From Macrostomum lignano (Eukaryota), in the NCBI GenBank assembly GCA_002269645.1, contig NIVC01000019.1, positions 1,054,001 to 1,118,000 on the forward strand: 64,000 nucleotides of DNA. Reading direction: 5' to 3'. Both the position numbers and the translations under genes were made by a program. This document shows, one piece after another, positions 44,050 to 55,404 of this stretch. Positions within the stretch are counted from its first letter, which is position 1. Each line of letters opens with the position of its first letter. The notes beneath the pieces were generated by a model. It made no database searches and was not told where the DNA came from. It saw nothing but the letters and a program-made list of their open reading frames with translations.

Positions 44050-47000
44050 TCAGATGTCCAGAGCCTTTCGCCGGTCGTCCTCTTCGTAGCGTTTCGGCGT
44101 CTCCTTGGCCTGTCGGGGGTGCGGCCTGTTGGCGAGAGGGACGTCCTGGTTGCCGGTTGGCTCGGGCGGGCCGGTTGGTTCATCCGGCCGGCTGTCCTGT
44201 TCGCTGTCGCGTTCTCCGGGGTCACCCGGCCACTCGTCGGCTGCCTGGGAGACTCGCTTGACGTGGGTGGTGTGCCTGGAGCACCTCTGGCAGGCACGTT
44301 GGAGCTGCAGGGTGTTGCCGCGGACTTCTGTCACGGTCCATGGCGAGGCCTCGAAGAAGGGGTCGGTCTTGCTGCGGTTGGTGAGCCGGCGGAGTACGAG
44401 GTCGCCTACGGTGATCTGGTGGTCGGTGGCGCCCCTCTTGCTGTCGGCGAAGGCCTTCATCCGCTCCTTCGCCCTGGAGTCGTGGCCGCGGACGGTCTGT
44501 CGCCTGGCGTCAACCGGCCGGGAGTGGCGCAAGCTGGGGATCGTGTCGTTGAGCTGTCGGCCGAATAGCAGGTCGGCTGGGGCCATGCCGGTTGCTGCGT
44601 GCGGTGTTCGCCGGTATGCAGCCAGGTAGTCGTCCAGTGCCGCCTGCCAGTCGCTGTCTTCCAGAATCGCCGCTCTGATTGCCTTATTGAGGCCTCGGTT
44701 GCATCGCTCTACGAGTCCGTTGGCTTGGGGATGCAGCGGCGTAGTCCGATGGTGGTGGACGCCTTGGCTGCGCAGGAAGGCGTTGAATTCTGCGGACGAG
44801 AATGGCGGGCCGTTGTCGGTGGTGATCTTGACTGGCTGGCCAAACGTGCTGAACCACTGGCGGAGGGTTCGGATGACCGGAGCTGCCGCTGTCGACCCCG
44901 ACATCGTCTGTACCAGTGGGAAACGTGAAAAGTAGTCGGTGCACACCAGCAGCATGTGGCCTCTGATCGGTCCCAGGAAGTCCAGGCCCAGCTCTAGCCA
45001 CGGCCCCTGCGGCAGCTCAGTCGGCTGAAGTGGGGCTGCCTTCAATTCAGCTGTGTTCGTGCAGGCCTTGCAGCTGAGGCAGGAGTTTACGAAATTCTCG
45101 ACGGAGGCCCGCATTGAGGGCCACCAGACCTTTGTCTGGAGGCGTGCCAATGTTTTCTGGACACCCAGGTGGCCTTGGTGCGCCAGCTGCAGGCAGCGGT
45201 AGCGCAGAATGGCAGGAACGACGATTTGGTGCCCTTTGAGCAGGAGTCCGTCGTGTTGTGAGAGCTCGTGCCGCAGGCCGTGCAGGCTGCGCGTGTCGTG
45301 GCTATCGAGTTGCCACCGATGGGACCGGAGCCCGGATACGGCGGCTTGGATCGCCTTGTCGCCTGCGGCGGCCACCTTGATCGTGTCGAGGCTGATGCTG
45401 TTCGGCGCTGCCGCCTGTGCTGTCATTGCGATGTAGGCCGTGTCGAGATCCTCGCCCTCGTTCTTCGGTGGTGTTGGACGTGGCTGGCGGCTTAGGACAT
45501 CTGCCGGGTTATCTGCTCCCGGCTGGTAGATGACTTCGAAGTGGAGATCCTGCAGCCGAAGTGCCATGCGCTCGATCCGCGGCGGGGGCCGTGAGCCGGG
45601 GCTGAGCAGGCTGACCAGCGGCTTGTGGTCGGTGATGACCTTGAACTTTGGGCAGCCGCTAAGGTAGTGGTGAAACTTGAGGCAGCCGAATTTGACGGCC
45701 AGCGCCTCTCTCTCTGTCTGCGAGTAGCGCTGCTCGGTGTCACTGAGGCTGCGGCTGGCGTAGGCGATTGGCCTGGTGAGGCCGCCAGGTTGCACCTGGG
45801 CGAGGATCGCCCCGAGGCCGGTCGGGCTGGCGTCGACGATCAGCCTGGTCTCGCAGTTCTTGTTGAAGAAGGCAAGCGTGGTGCTGTGAGCGATCGACTG
45901 CTTGATTGTCTGAAAGGCTGAGGCTTGCTGTGGACCCCACGACCATTTCACGTTCTTCTTGGTCAGCTCTCGAAGTGGACGCGCCTTGTCGGCGAGGTTT
46001 GGGATGAAGCGGGCTACGAATGTGACGAGTCCGAGAAAGGACCGCACCTCCGTTGCATTTTCTGGTCGCTTGAAGTTGGCCACAGCTTCCAGCTTTTCCT
46101 CGGTCGGTTGGATTCCGGCCGCCGAGAGGCGCATGGCCAGGAAGTCGGCCTGCTGGGTTGCAATGCGGCATTTGCGGGGGTTCAGAGTCACGTTGTGTTG
46201 ACGCAGCCTGTCAAGGCAGTTGCGCAGCCTCTCGTTGTGCTCCTTTATGGTGCTGGCGAAGATAATGATATCGTCATGGACCCACCGCACGCCTCTCAAA
46301 CCGCTCAGGATAGATGTCATGACGCGCTGTAGGATTTCAGATGCTGAGGTAAATCCCATGCAAAGGCGCTTGAGGCGGAGCAGGCCCAGAGGCGTTGAGA
46401 AAGTGAGCAGCTGCCGGGACTCCTCGCTGACCTCGATCTGGTGGAAGGCCTTGGCAACGTCTAGTTCGGAGAAATAGGTGGAGCCGGCCATCTCGTCTGT
46501 GACTTCTTCGAATGTCGGTATTGGCTGCTTTTCTGGAATGACGTACTTATTGACGTCCCTCAGGTCCTGCGTGATGCGGATTTCGCCTGGCGAGGCCTTT
46601 GGAACGACCACCATGCGTGAACTCCAAGCGCTGGGCCCCGTCACTCGCTCCAGGATGCCGGCTGCTAGCTGGCCCTTCAGCTCCTTTTCCACGGCGGTTC
46701 GAAGATGCACTGGAACTCGAGACGGAGGGTGGCAGACTGGCACCGCTTCTTCCTTCAGCTGGATGCTGACTGAGACGCCCTTGATGCAGCCGATTCCTTG
46801 AAACCTGTCGCTGAACTCCTTCATGATCGATGACAGTCGCAAGTCTTGCGGAAGGTGCAGGTCGTTAACCGTTGGTGTCAGTCCGGCGGTGAGAGCTGTC
46901 TCGGCCTGCGGTCCGACCCTCAGCATCCTCATCTGCGTGCTTGTCTCGCGGCCTAGAATGGTGATGCAGTCCTCTCTGATGACGATGAAGCGCACTCTCT

Positions 47001-48069
47001 CCGAGTTGCCGTTGATCTTCGTGTGCAGAGTGATCTGGCCAGCGGGTGTCAGGGGCCTCGCTGCTCCGAGAGGATAGACCCTCGTGTGCGTGGGCTGAAG
47101 CGCCCGCTCGGGTGCTCCCGTTAGACGAAGGGTCCGCTGGCTGAGCACGTTGCAGCTCGCACCGCTGTCGATCAGGACGGGTACGTTCGCGCCGTTGATG
47201 ACCGCTTTGAAGGTGGCGCTTGTGCGGCTGGGGTCGAGGCTGGAGAATACCGCCTCCGCCAGGTGCGCCACTGCTGGTTCCTCTGGCTCAGGCTCTGCCA
47301 TGTTGATGCGTGCGCGGCCGCTTAGGCAGGCCTTCGCCAGGTGGTGCAGCTTGCCGCAGTTGCTGCAGCGCTTGCCTTGGGCCCGGTTGCAAGTGCGGTA
47401 GCCGGGCTCTCCGCACCGCAGGCATTTGTCGGCCGGGCTGGCTGGCGGGCGCCTGGTGGGGCGCTTGTCGCGTGCCGCATGCACTTCTTCAGCTGGTCCG
47501 GCTGCCGAGCGCTCCATGATTGCCGCTTGCTGGCTGGCTGCTTCGTTTGTTCTCGCCAGCTGGAGGGCCTCGGGGAGGCTGATGTTGGGCACGTTGAGCA
47601 GCCGCTTTCGGAGGGATTCACTGCGGCAGCAGGCGACGATCTGGTCGCGGATGAGGGACTGGCGCAGCTCTCCGAACTGGCAGGCCTCAGCCGCGTTGCA
47701 CAGTCGGTTGTACCAGCTGTCGATGCCTTCGCCGTCTAGCTGCGTGCACTGGCGGAATTGGTACCGGGTGAACACCACATTGTCGCGTCCTTGAAAGTGC
47801 TGAGTTAGCGCCGCTATGAGTGAGTCAAGCGTTTGCTGCTCCGGCTGGTCAGTGGTGGGACGTGTCTGTGAGATCTCTTTAAAGATGTCTGCAACCTCTT
47901 TTCCCGCGGTATACAGGAGGATTTCCTGCTTCTGGGCGTCGTCCGAGATTCCTGATGCTGCCAAGAATCGCTTTAGTGTGGTGGCCCACTCTGTCCAGCG
48001 CTTGCTGACGGTGTGGGGGTCCGCGCTAATGCTGAATGCGGATGGCGGCTGTAGCTGTAGTAGCGCCAT
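44050..48069 (-). CDS. Gag-Pol polyprotein, 1339 aa
   Basis: Zn knuckle CSNCGKLHHLAKAC; protease LIDSGAS; RT QDLRDVN..SELDVAKAFHQI..MGFTSA..WVHDDIII; RNase H IVDASPTGLGA..YSQTEREALA..TDHKPL; integrase HQGH..CLSC, LDFLGP, TDNGPPF, NGLVER. Confidence 0.97.
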   Translation of the reverse strand: MALLQLQPPSAFSISADPHTVSKRWTEWATTLKRFLAASGISDDAQKQEILLYTAGKEVADIFKEISQTRPTTDQPEQQTLDSLIAALTQHFQGRDNVVFTRYQFRQCTQLDGEGIDSWYNRLCNAAEACQFGELRQSLIRDQIVACCRSESLRKRLLNVPNISLPEALQLARTNEAASQQAAIMERSAAGPAEEVHAARDKRPTRRPPASPADKCLRCGEPGYRTCNRAQGKRCSNCGKLHHLAKACLSGRARINMAEPEPEEPAVAHLAEAVFSSLDPSRTSATFKAVINGANVPVLIDSGASCNVLSQRTLRLTGAPERALQPTHTRVYPLGAARPLTPAGQITLHTKINGNSERVRFIVIREDCITILGRETSTQMRMLRVGPQAETALTAGLTPTVNDLHLPQDLRLSSIMKEFSDRFQGIGCIKGVSVSIQLKEEAVPVCHPPSRVPVHLRTAVEKELKGQLAAGILERVTGPSAWSSRMVVVPKASPGEIRITQDLRDVNKYVIPEKQPIPTFEEVTDEMAGSTYFSELDVAKAFHQIEVSEESRQLLTFSTPLGLLRLKRLCMGFTSASEILQRVMTSILSGLRGVRWVHDDIIIFASTIKEHNERLRNCLDRLRQHNVTLNPRKCRIATQQADFLAMRLSAAGIQPTEEKLEAVANFKRPENATEVRSFLGLVTFVARFIPNLADKARPLRELTKKNVKWSWGPQQASAFQTIKQSIAHSTTLAFFNKNCETRLIVDASPTGLGAILAQVQPGGLTRPIAYASRSLSDTEQRYSQTEREALAVKFGCLKFHHYLSGCPKFKVITDHKPLVSLLSPGSRPPPRIERMALRLQDLHFEVIYQPGADNPADVLSRQPRPTPPKNEGEDLDTAYIAMTAQAAAPNSISLDTIKVAAAGDKAIQAAVSGLRSHRWQLDSHDTRSLHGLRHELSQHDGLLLKGHQIVVPAILRYRCLQLAHQGHLGVQKTLARLQTKVWWPSMRASVENFVNSCLSCKACTNTAELKAAPLQPTELPQGPWLELGLDFLGPIRGHMLLVCTDYFSRFPLVQTMSGSTAAAPVIRTLRQWFSTFGQPVKITTDNGPPFSSAEFNAFLRSQGVHHHRTTPLHPQANGLVERCNRGLNKAIRAAILEDSDWQAALDDYLAAYRRTPHAATGMAPADLLFGRQLNDTIPSLRHSRPVDARRQTVRGHDSRAKERMKAFADSKRGATDHQITVGDLVLRRLTNRSKTDPFFEASPWTVTEVRGNTLQLQRACQRCSRHTTHVKRVSQAADEWPGDPGERDSEQDSRPDEPTGPPEPTGNQDVPLANRPHPRQAKETPKRYEEDDRRKALDI

Positions 48070-48078
48070 TGGGTTCTG

Positions 48079-48091
48079 GCTTGTGACGCCA
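48079..48091 (-). promoter_or_regulatory. Primer-binding site, probably tRNA-Ser
   Basis: TGGCGTCACAAGC 1 nt after the 5' LTR. TGG pairs with tRNA CCA; TGGCGTCAC matches the 3' end of a Ser tRNA recalled from memory (..GTGACG-CCA). Confidence 0.65.
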
Positions 48092-48092
48092 A

Positions 48093-48317
48093 TGTAGCGA
48101 GCAACTCTAGCTGGTTGTTGCGAGTGTTAGTTAGCCACTCAAAAAGGTGGAGAAATAGAATGTGGCTGTGCCTGTATATTTATTGTCTGGTAGAACACAG
48201 ATTTCCGGTTCATTGAGTGCGCGTTGGGATGTGCTCGAGCAGAGGGAAGTGGATAGGCTGGGTGGGGGTCACGGAGTGCAAACTAGGTGCCCGAACTGCC
48301 TGCCTGCGCATGCTACA
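48093..48317 (-). repeat. 5' LTR
   Basis: 225 bp with TG...CA ends; followed on the minus strand by the PBS and the gag ATG 24 nt downstream. Confidence 0.97.
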
Positions 48318-48760
48318 AGTGTCTGTCTGTCTGTCTCAGTGTCTGTCTGTCTGTCCCAGTGTCTGTCTCAGTGTCCGTGTCAGTGTCTGTCTCAGTGTCT
48401 GGCTCAGTGTCTGTCTGTCTCAGTGTCTGTCTGTCTGTCTCAATGTCTGTCTCAGTGTCTGTCTCAGTGTCTGTGTCAGTGTCTGTCTCAGTGTCTGTCT
48501 CCGTGTCTGTCTCAGTGTCTGTGTCAGTGTCTGTCTCAGTGTCTGTCTCCGTGTCTGTCTCAGTGTCTGTGTCAGTGTCTGTCTCAGTGTCTGTCTGTCT
48601 GTCCCAGTGTCTGTCTCAGTGTCCGTGTCAGTGTCTGTCTCAGTGTCTGTCTCAGTGTCCGTGTCAGTTTCTGTCTCAGTGTCCGTGTCAGTGTCTGTCT
48701 CAGTGTCCGTGTCAGTGTCTGTCTCAGTGTCTGTCTCAGTGGCTGTCTCAGCGGCTGAGT
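48318..48760. repeat. Compound (TGTC)/(TCAGTGTCTGTC) microsatellite, right part
   Basis: Direct reading. Confidence 0.9.
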
Positions 48761-49526
48761 GACTCAGCGCCCCGAACTGTTTCAGAGTCGATGCCAGCAG
48801 TCCATTTTAAGTTCCCCAGTCAAGTCATTAAATTTCTCGCAGAGCCAAATGAAACGGGGCAATCACTCAAAGCTGAAGTGACTGTAAAGTGGTCTGAGAG
48901 TGCCAGGTTAACTTCCGACATTGGGAAGAAACAACGCAGTTAAAAAAAGTTCCCCTGTCCAGCCTTTGCCTCAACTGGAACTGACTGGCTGCTTGCCCGC
49001 CCAGCCGGCCTACCTCACTTCCTCGTCTCTCCCCCTCGCTACCTGGCAGAATGCTTTTGGGTGCCAATTTTTTTCAAGCGAGACCTCTCTCTGTACCTCT
49101 CTCTGTACCTGAGTTGAGTTAGCCAACTAACTAGGTTCGCTACCCTATGTCAGCCAAGAAAATAAATCAATAATTTTTCAGGCCAATTAATGCCAACAAA
49201 AACCTCGTCTTCTCGCCAATGCTCGCTCGTTGGGATTGTTTGGGGGGGGGGGTTTCTCCCTCGGCTTTTCTCACCTTTGAGTCTTTTGTCGGCTTTTCTT
49301 TGTCAATCGCGAATTGACTGAACAGCCAGCCGGTCACAGGCCGTTCACCTGGGCAGGGCTTGAGCGCTTGGGAACTGACAGGATCCCAAGAGGATGGGGG
49401 CGGCGGACACGCAACAAAACAAGCATTGGGTCCAATGGACGCTCGCTGCAGATTCCTATTGGTCCTCTCCCACTGCTCCATAGCCCCTCCTCAGCCGCTG
49501 TCAGGACACAGTGTAGTATTATTAGA

Positions 49527-51216
49527 ATGTCCCTAGCGGACAGAGAGGAGAGAGAAGAGGCGAGAGGCTCCGGCTCCAGAGCACAGCAGCAGCCTCAGAG
49601 CGGCACAATAGAACAGGCAGCCCCGGACCCGTATGAATGTCAGGCCAGCCATAGCAGTAGAAGCCATCCTCGCCTCCAAGCCAAGCCAGACCAAATGAAA
49701 ATTATGAGCCTAAGCCGACTGGACCAGCTGTTGCTGAAGCTCACCGAAGAGGAGGCTCGGGAGCTGATCGCCGATCACGTGACCAGGCAGTGCTGCTTCT
49801 CCGCCAGATTATTGAAGACCCTGACGGTGGTTAGCGTTGCCTCGCATGAGGCCTTTTATTACACTCTGATCAGCTGGTTCGAGCGGCACACCGTCAAGGA
49901 GCGGTTCGTGCCCTACCACGGCGGCCCGCTGGACAGCCGCTTGAACGGGCCGGAGCCGCCCACCTGGGACCTCAAACGGCCGATCCCTGCCGCGTTCACC
50001 GACGCCCAGTACAGCCTGCCGCTGCCGCACTCGGAGGAGACGCTCGGCTGTCCGCACTGCTTCGGCGTCGGCTACGTCAACTGCCGGCGCTGCCGACGGA
50101 AAGGCAACGTGTCCTGCCTGGTCTGCCACGGTCACGGCGAAGAGCTGCACAGGTGCACCATGTGCGCCGGCAGAGGCACCGTCCGGTGTCCGGCCTGCCG
50201 CGGCCGAATCGGCGTCGAGTGTCCGGAATGCGCCGGCTCCGGCCGGTTGAAACGCTATCGAGTGGTTCAAGTCACGTGGGGAGTGGCCTTCGACTATGTT
50301 GTGCTGAACGGGAGCGACCTGCCGTCCTACAGGCTTAGCGAGACCGACGGATTTGTTGTTCATCGACAGGTGAGCCACTGAACTCTTGGCTGAGGAGCGG
50401 AGGGGGCTGAGGCGCGGAGGGCGGAAGGAGTCTAAGTAGGTGGACAGCGGAGGGCGGAAGGAGTCTAAGTAGGTGGACAGCGGAGGGCGGAAGGAGTCTA
50501 AGTAGGTGGACAGCGGAGGTCGGAAGGGGGCTGAGGAGGTGGACAGCGGAGGTCGGAAGGGGGCTGAGGAGGTGGACAGCGGAGGGCGGGGAACGGGGGC
50601 TGAGGAGGTGGACAGCGGAGATCGGAAGGGGGCTGAGGAGGTGGACAGCGGAGGTCGGAAGGGGGCTGAGGAGGTGGACAGCGGAGGGCGGAACGGGGCC
50701 GGGTCGAGTAAGAGCGAGAGCATGTACAATGCAGAATAAGACACAATAGCGCGACAACAGCTTACTCTAACAACGCTACTACACGCCCCAGGTAATTCTT
50801 CCCATCAATCCTAGGTCGGACCCCGAGTAGGTCTCAGCGAGGCCGCCTTCCCCCTGAGTCTGGTGATGGCCTGCGAGGTGCTGGTGAACCGGCAGCTGGC
50901 CACGGCCGGGCCGGACACGCGGGTGCTGCTGCAGAAGCACATTGTCCGGCTGATTCCGCTCAGCCAGTGCGACTACCGCTGGAGCGGCGCCGACCCGAAG
51001 CTGCGCCGGTTCTTTGTCTATGGCCGGGAGCGCCGGGTGCACCGGGAGAAAGCGCCGACTCCGCTGTGCACCCTGCGGGACGCCCTGCTAGACAGGGGCC
51101 TGCGAGCCAAGGCCGCCAAGGCCGCCGCCGTTGCCGCCCCGCCGTCGACGCAGCCGCAGCCGACGCCGGCGGCCGGGAACCCGACGCACAGCATCGCCGT
51201 TTGCTCGGTGCTCTGA
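49527..51216 (+). CDS. SSUH2: SSUH2-like protein (DnaJ-type CxxCxGxG zinc-finger repeats, C-terminal CaaX), 414 aa; join(49527..50369,50815..51216)
   Basis: TEEEARELI..QCCFS..PPTWDL..LPHS..six CxxC(xGxG) motifs..; donor CAG|GTGAGC at 50370, in-frame acceptor cctag|GTC at 50815; exon 2 RVLLQKHIVRLIPL..YRW..FFVYG; ends CSVL*. Matches the SSUH2 architecture as recalled; the start codon is the first ATG in frame. Confidence 0.85.
50392..50700. repeat. 33-bp G-rich minisatellite (GGAGGTGGACAGCGGAGGTCGGAAGGGGGCTGA) in the SSUH2 intron
   Basis: Direct reading. Confidence 0.88.
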
Positions 51217-51644
51217 GCGCACAAACTGTTATATTTCTATCAACTGATCTAACAACTAATACTAATAATAAGATTCCAATTGAACCCGCACACACTATAG
51301 AATTTTTAACTATTGTCGTGTGTCTTATTACACGGAGTCACTTTGAAATAAGATCTTCACAACATTTTTTATCTAACAATATTTTATAGCGTTATAAAGA
51401 TATTCGATTCCTGCAATTTTTTATTCCTCAATGCTTGTTTGTATAGATGTAAATATATATTAAACAGCTGTGAACTGTAATGATAATGTCCTCATGTTCT
51501 TCTAGCGCTAGAAATCCAGTACTGGATGCTTCAGAGTGTTGCATTGTTAATTCAACTTAAATATACGTTGGACTTTTAGTTATACTGTATTTTATCATTG
51601 TTTCTTTCTTCTTGTTGCTTTTTACAGTTTTTTTTATTTTGATA

Positions 51645-52815
51645 GGATCCCAGTTTCACTCTATTGGGATCCCAGTTTCACTCCATTGGGATCCCAGTTT
51701 CACTCCATTGGGATCCCAGTTTCACTCCATTGGGATCCCAGTTTCACTCCATTGGGATCCCAGTTTCACTCTATTGGAATCCCAGTGTCACTACATTAGG
51801 ATCCCAGTGTCACTCACTACATTAGGATCCCAGTGTCACTCACTACATTAGGATCCCAGTGTCACTTCATTGGGACCCCAGTTTCACTCCATTGGGATCC
51901 CAGTTTCACTCCAATAGGATCCCAGTTTCAACTCATTAGGATCCCAGTTTGACTTCATTAGGATCCCAGTTTCAACTCATTAGGATCCCAGTGTCACTCT
52001 ATTGGGATCCCAGTGTCACTCCATTAATATTCCAGTTTCACTCCAATAGGATCCCAGTTTCACTCTATTAAGATCTGTGTTACTCCATTAATATTCCAGT
52101 TTCACTCCAATAGGATCCCAGTTTCACTCTATTAAGATCTGTGTTACTCCATTAATATTCCAGTTTCACTCCAATAGGATCCCAGTTTCACTCTATTAAG
52201 ATCTGTGTTACTCCATTAATATTCCAGTTTCACTCCAATAGGATCCCAGTTTCACTCTATTAAGATCTGTGTTATTCCATTAATATTCCGGTTTCACTCC
52301 AATAGGATCCCAGTTTCACTCTATTAAGATCTGTGTTACTCCATTAATATTCCAGTTTCACTCCAATAGGATCCCAGTTTCACTCTATTAAGATCTGTGT
52401 TATTCCATTAATATTCCGGTTTCACTCCAATAGGATCCCAGTTTCACTCTATTAAGATCTGTGTTACTCCATTAATATTCCAGTTTCACTCCAATAGGAT
52501 CCCAGTTTCACTCTATTAAGATCTGTGTTATTCCATTAATATTCCGGTTTCACTCCAATAGGATCCCAGTTTCACTCTATTAAGATCTGTGTCACTCCAT
52601 TAATATTCCGGTTTCACTCCAATAGGATCCCAGTTTCACTCTATTAAGATCTGTGTTACTCCATTAATATTCCAGTTTCACTCCAATAGGATCCCAGTTT
52701 CACTCTATTAAGATCTGTGTTACTCCATTAATATTCCAGTTTCACTCCAATAGGATCCCAGTTTCACTCTATTAAGATCTGTGTCACTCCATTAATACTC
52801 CAGTTGCACTCCATT
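51645..52815. repeat. 22-bp minisatellite (GGGATCCCAGTTTCACTCCATT) converting to a 64-bp higher-order unit
   Basis: Direct reading; period 64 at 52081/52145. Confidence 0.9.
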
Positions 52816-53347
52816 AGGTTTACTCGCTCGCAACTATTCACTATTTCGACTGTTAAGGCAAAGACAATTAGTTTAAAATGGCTAGAGAGAAACGCACGCT
52901 GGGTGCCGCATTATGTTAGTAATGATACATCATGATGAGGCAGATACGCAGCCAAGCAGATTCTGGCAAGTGTAAGCGCGTTCGGATTACGAAGGCTGCT
53001 GCCACAGTGAGAGCGCCTTACATATATAGTTCTAAGCTGAGTATAGTAAGACTCAGAGGATCTCAGCTGGAGATGCTGCTTGCAGCTGCATACACACTGC
53101 TGCCCCATCACTATACCCTCTCCAGTTTCATTAGATCACAAATTTGCCGCCAAATTTTCTTGGCTCCTCAGCGATCCCGCAGTGCCGCATAGTCGCAGAG
53201 AGTGACGAAACCAATTCATTCATCTAATTGCATGGCTCTCTGCGATTGGGGGGCCTGGCTTATCATTCAGTGTTTTTTTATTCAGTCATTTGGCCTCTCT
53301 TGATTTTTACTTTTACATCTCTTTCCTGACCTTTCCCGTTCGTGAAT

Positions 53348-53880
53348 CTGGTGTGTTCTCCTCTCCCTGGTGTGTTCTCCTCTCCCTGGTGTGTTCTCCT
53401 CTCCCCGCTGTGTTCTCCTTTCCCAGCTGTGTTCTCCTCTCCCTGGTGTGTTCTCCTCTCCCCGCTGTGTTCTCCTCTCCCCGCTGTGTTCTCCTCTCCC
53501 TGGTGTGTTCTCCTCTCCCTGGTGTGTTCTCCTCTCCCTGGTGTGTTCTCCTCTCCCTGGTGTGTTCTCCTCTCCCTGGTGTGTTCTCCTCTCCCTGGTG
53601 TGTTCTCCTCTCCCTGGTGTGTTCTCCTCTCCCTGGTGTGTTCTCCTCTCCCTGGTGTGTTCTCCTCTCCCTGGTGTGTTCTCCTCTCCCTGGTGTGTTC
53701 TCCTCTCCCTGGTGTGTTCTCCTCTCCCTGGTGTGTTCTCCTCTCCCTGATGTGTTCTCCTCTCCCTGGTGTGTTCTCCTCTCCCTGGTGTGTTCCCCTC
53801 TCCCTGGTGTGTTCCCCTCTCCCTGGTGTGTTCCCCTCTCCCTGGTGTGTTCTCCTCTCCCTGGTGTGTTCTCCTCCCCC
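53348..53880. repeat. 19-bp minisatellite (TGGTGTGTTCTCCTCTCCC)
   Basis: Direct reading. Confidence 0.93.
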
Positions 53881-54639
53881 ACTGTTCCCTTTCCCACCCT
53901 TCAGTATCTTTATCTTGTCCTCTCTAGCCGCGAGAGTCTGCTTATCTTCCCGCCTTCTTCCAGTTTATTTTCATTGGATTTCTCCAATGAGAATCAATAT
54001 TGATTAGAAAATCACAATTCCACACAGATGGGATTATTCCATAGAGAATGCGCCAGAGAAGTTGGAGAAGGGCTGATATGCGAGTAATCTTGTTGAGAAT
54101 CTGATGAGGCGAACTGGCAGCTGTCCAGGATGGGGCCGAGCAGATGCTTTGCTCGAGTGTGAGAACTTTCAGCCTACTCTCGGCTCGCGATTTTCGAGAA
54201 ATCCGAGCTCCCGATGGGAGTTTCGGACTCGAACTGGCAAAGCCGGATCCCGTCACCTGTCTTCCTCAGCCCCCGCGAATAAGCTTCTTTTTTATCCCAA
54301 GTCGTGCTGGCATCCCATTTCTGCCAGAATCTTCCCAACTCAAAGCTCCCCCACCGTAGGGATTGTGTCTTTTTGGGGGACTTTCTTCCCAATTCTCTCG
54401 CAGGCGATGGAGTTGAATCCGATCCGATCCGACACCTGGGGGTGTCGCTTCATTTCTAAGCTTGAGTTGGACTTTCAGATTTATTAATATTGTTGGAGAA
54501 GATTTATCACATGGTAAATTGATGCAATAAGAATAAATGACTGATGAGCAAAATAAGATTCATAGGTAATCGGCATTCAGGTTTATCATTTTGGCGACTA
54601 TACGTGACTTAAACTCTATTTTAATCCCTGGTTTCCATT

Positions 54640-54815
54640 TCCTTATTTAGTATCATTTCCTAATTTGGTAGCATTCCCTTATTTGGAATGATGTCCTAAT
54701 TTGGTAACTTTTCCTAATTTGGCAAGTATTTCCTAATTTGGCAAGCATTTCCTAATTTGACGTGATTCCCTAACTTGGTAAGCATTTCCTAATTTGACAT
54801 AATTTCCTAATTTGG
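54640..54815. repeat. Degenerate about 22-bp repeat (..TTTCCTAATTTGG..)
   Basis: Direct reading. Confidence 0.7.
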
Positions 54816-55404
54816 CACCCAGTCTTGGAATTCCGGCTCTCATTCTTAATTTGTCGCTTTGTTGGGGTTTTCGCGCGTTTTTAAATTTTGCATTTTACTT
54901 TTTTAGTTTCTTATTAGTTTCTTCTTTTGATGCCCAATCTGACATACAGCGCTTAGACGCCTATTTTTCCAGCCGCAATGTCTAACTTGGTATTCGTGCC
55001 TGCAGGGTTACCGTAGGACCAGCTTGTCAGCTATATCGTCCATTGGGGCGTGCCGGTTGCTTCCCGCTTTCGAGCGTCACTCGAATGAGCCTGGGGATGC
55101 TGGCTCACTCCTCCATCATCTTTTCCTAAGGCGAGTTTTGCTTCGCCTCAGCAAAAATCAGCGGCTTGTTGCCGTCGCCATGCAAGAGAGCAAAATATAT
55201 CATCCGGGCCACTCGAATGGCTCTTCCGTTGTCACAGTTTGCCACGGAATCGATAAAATATTGATTATGACCACAACCGAGAGGCTCAGATCTCAGGCTT
55301 CAGATAATGGACTGGACTGAGCTGGGCCGAAACTTTCTCTATCGGCTTAAGATTTTTTGTGGGTTTGGTCACTGCTGCAATTGCGTTCTCGAATGCTCGA
55401 TGCT

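Larger units (their letters stand above)
43696..48317 (-). mobile_element. Full-length Ty3/Gypsy LTR retrotransposon (Mag-like), 4622 bp
   Basis: Two 225-bp LTRs (TGTAGC...GCTACA) identical by eye; 5-bp TSD AGTGT (43691-43695, 48318-48322); PBS, PPT and a single intact gag-pol ORF in PR-RT-RH-INT order. Mag assignment is inference. Confidence 0.97.

Noticed and set aside
44022-48097. Many overlapping + strand ORFs across the retrotransposon
   Set aside because: Antisense shadows of the GC-rich gag-pol ORF; no recognisable domains.
50789-50830. CAG acceptor at 50791 for SSUH2 exon 2
   Set aside because: Gives an in-frame TAG after 12 codons; the acceptor at 50814 restores frame and homology.
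55006-55130. Exon-like segment with a CTAAC branch, TGCAG acceptor and AAG|GCGAGT donor
   Set aside because: No frame resembles GluN1 or any family I recognise; unsupported without RNA data.
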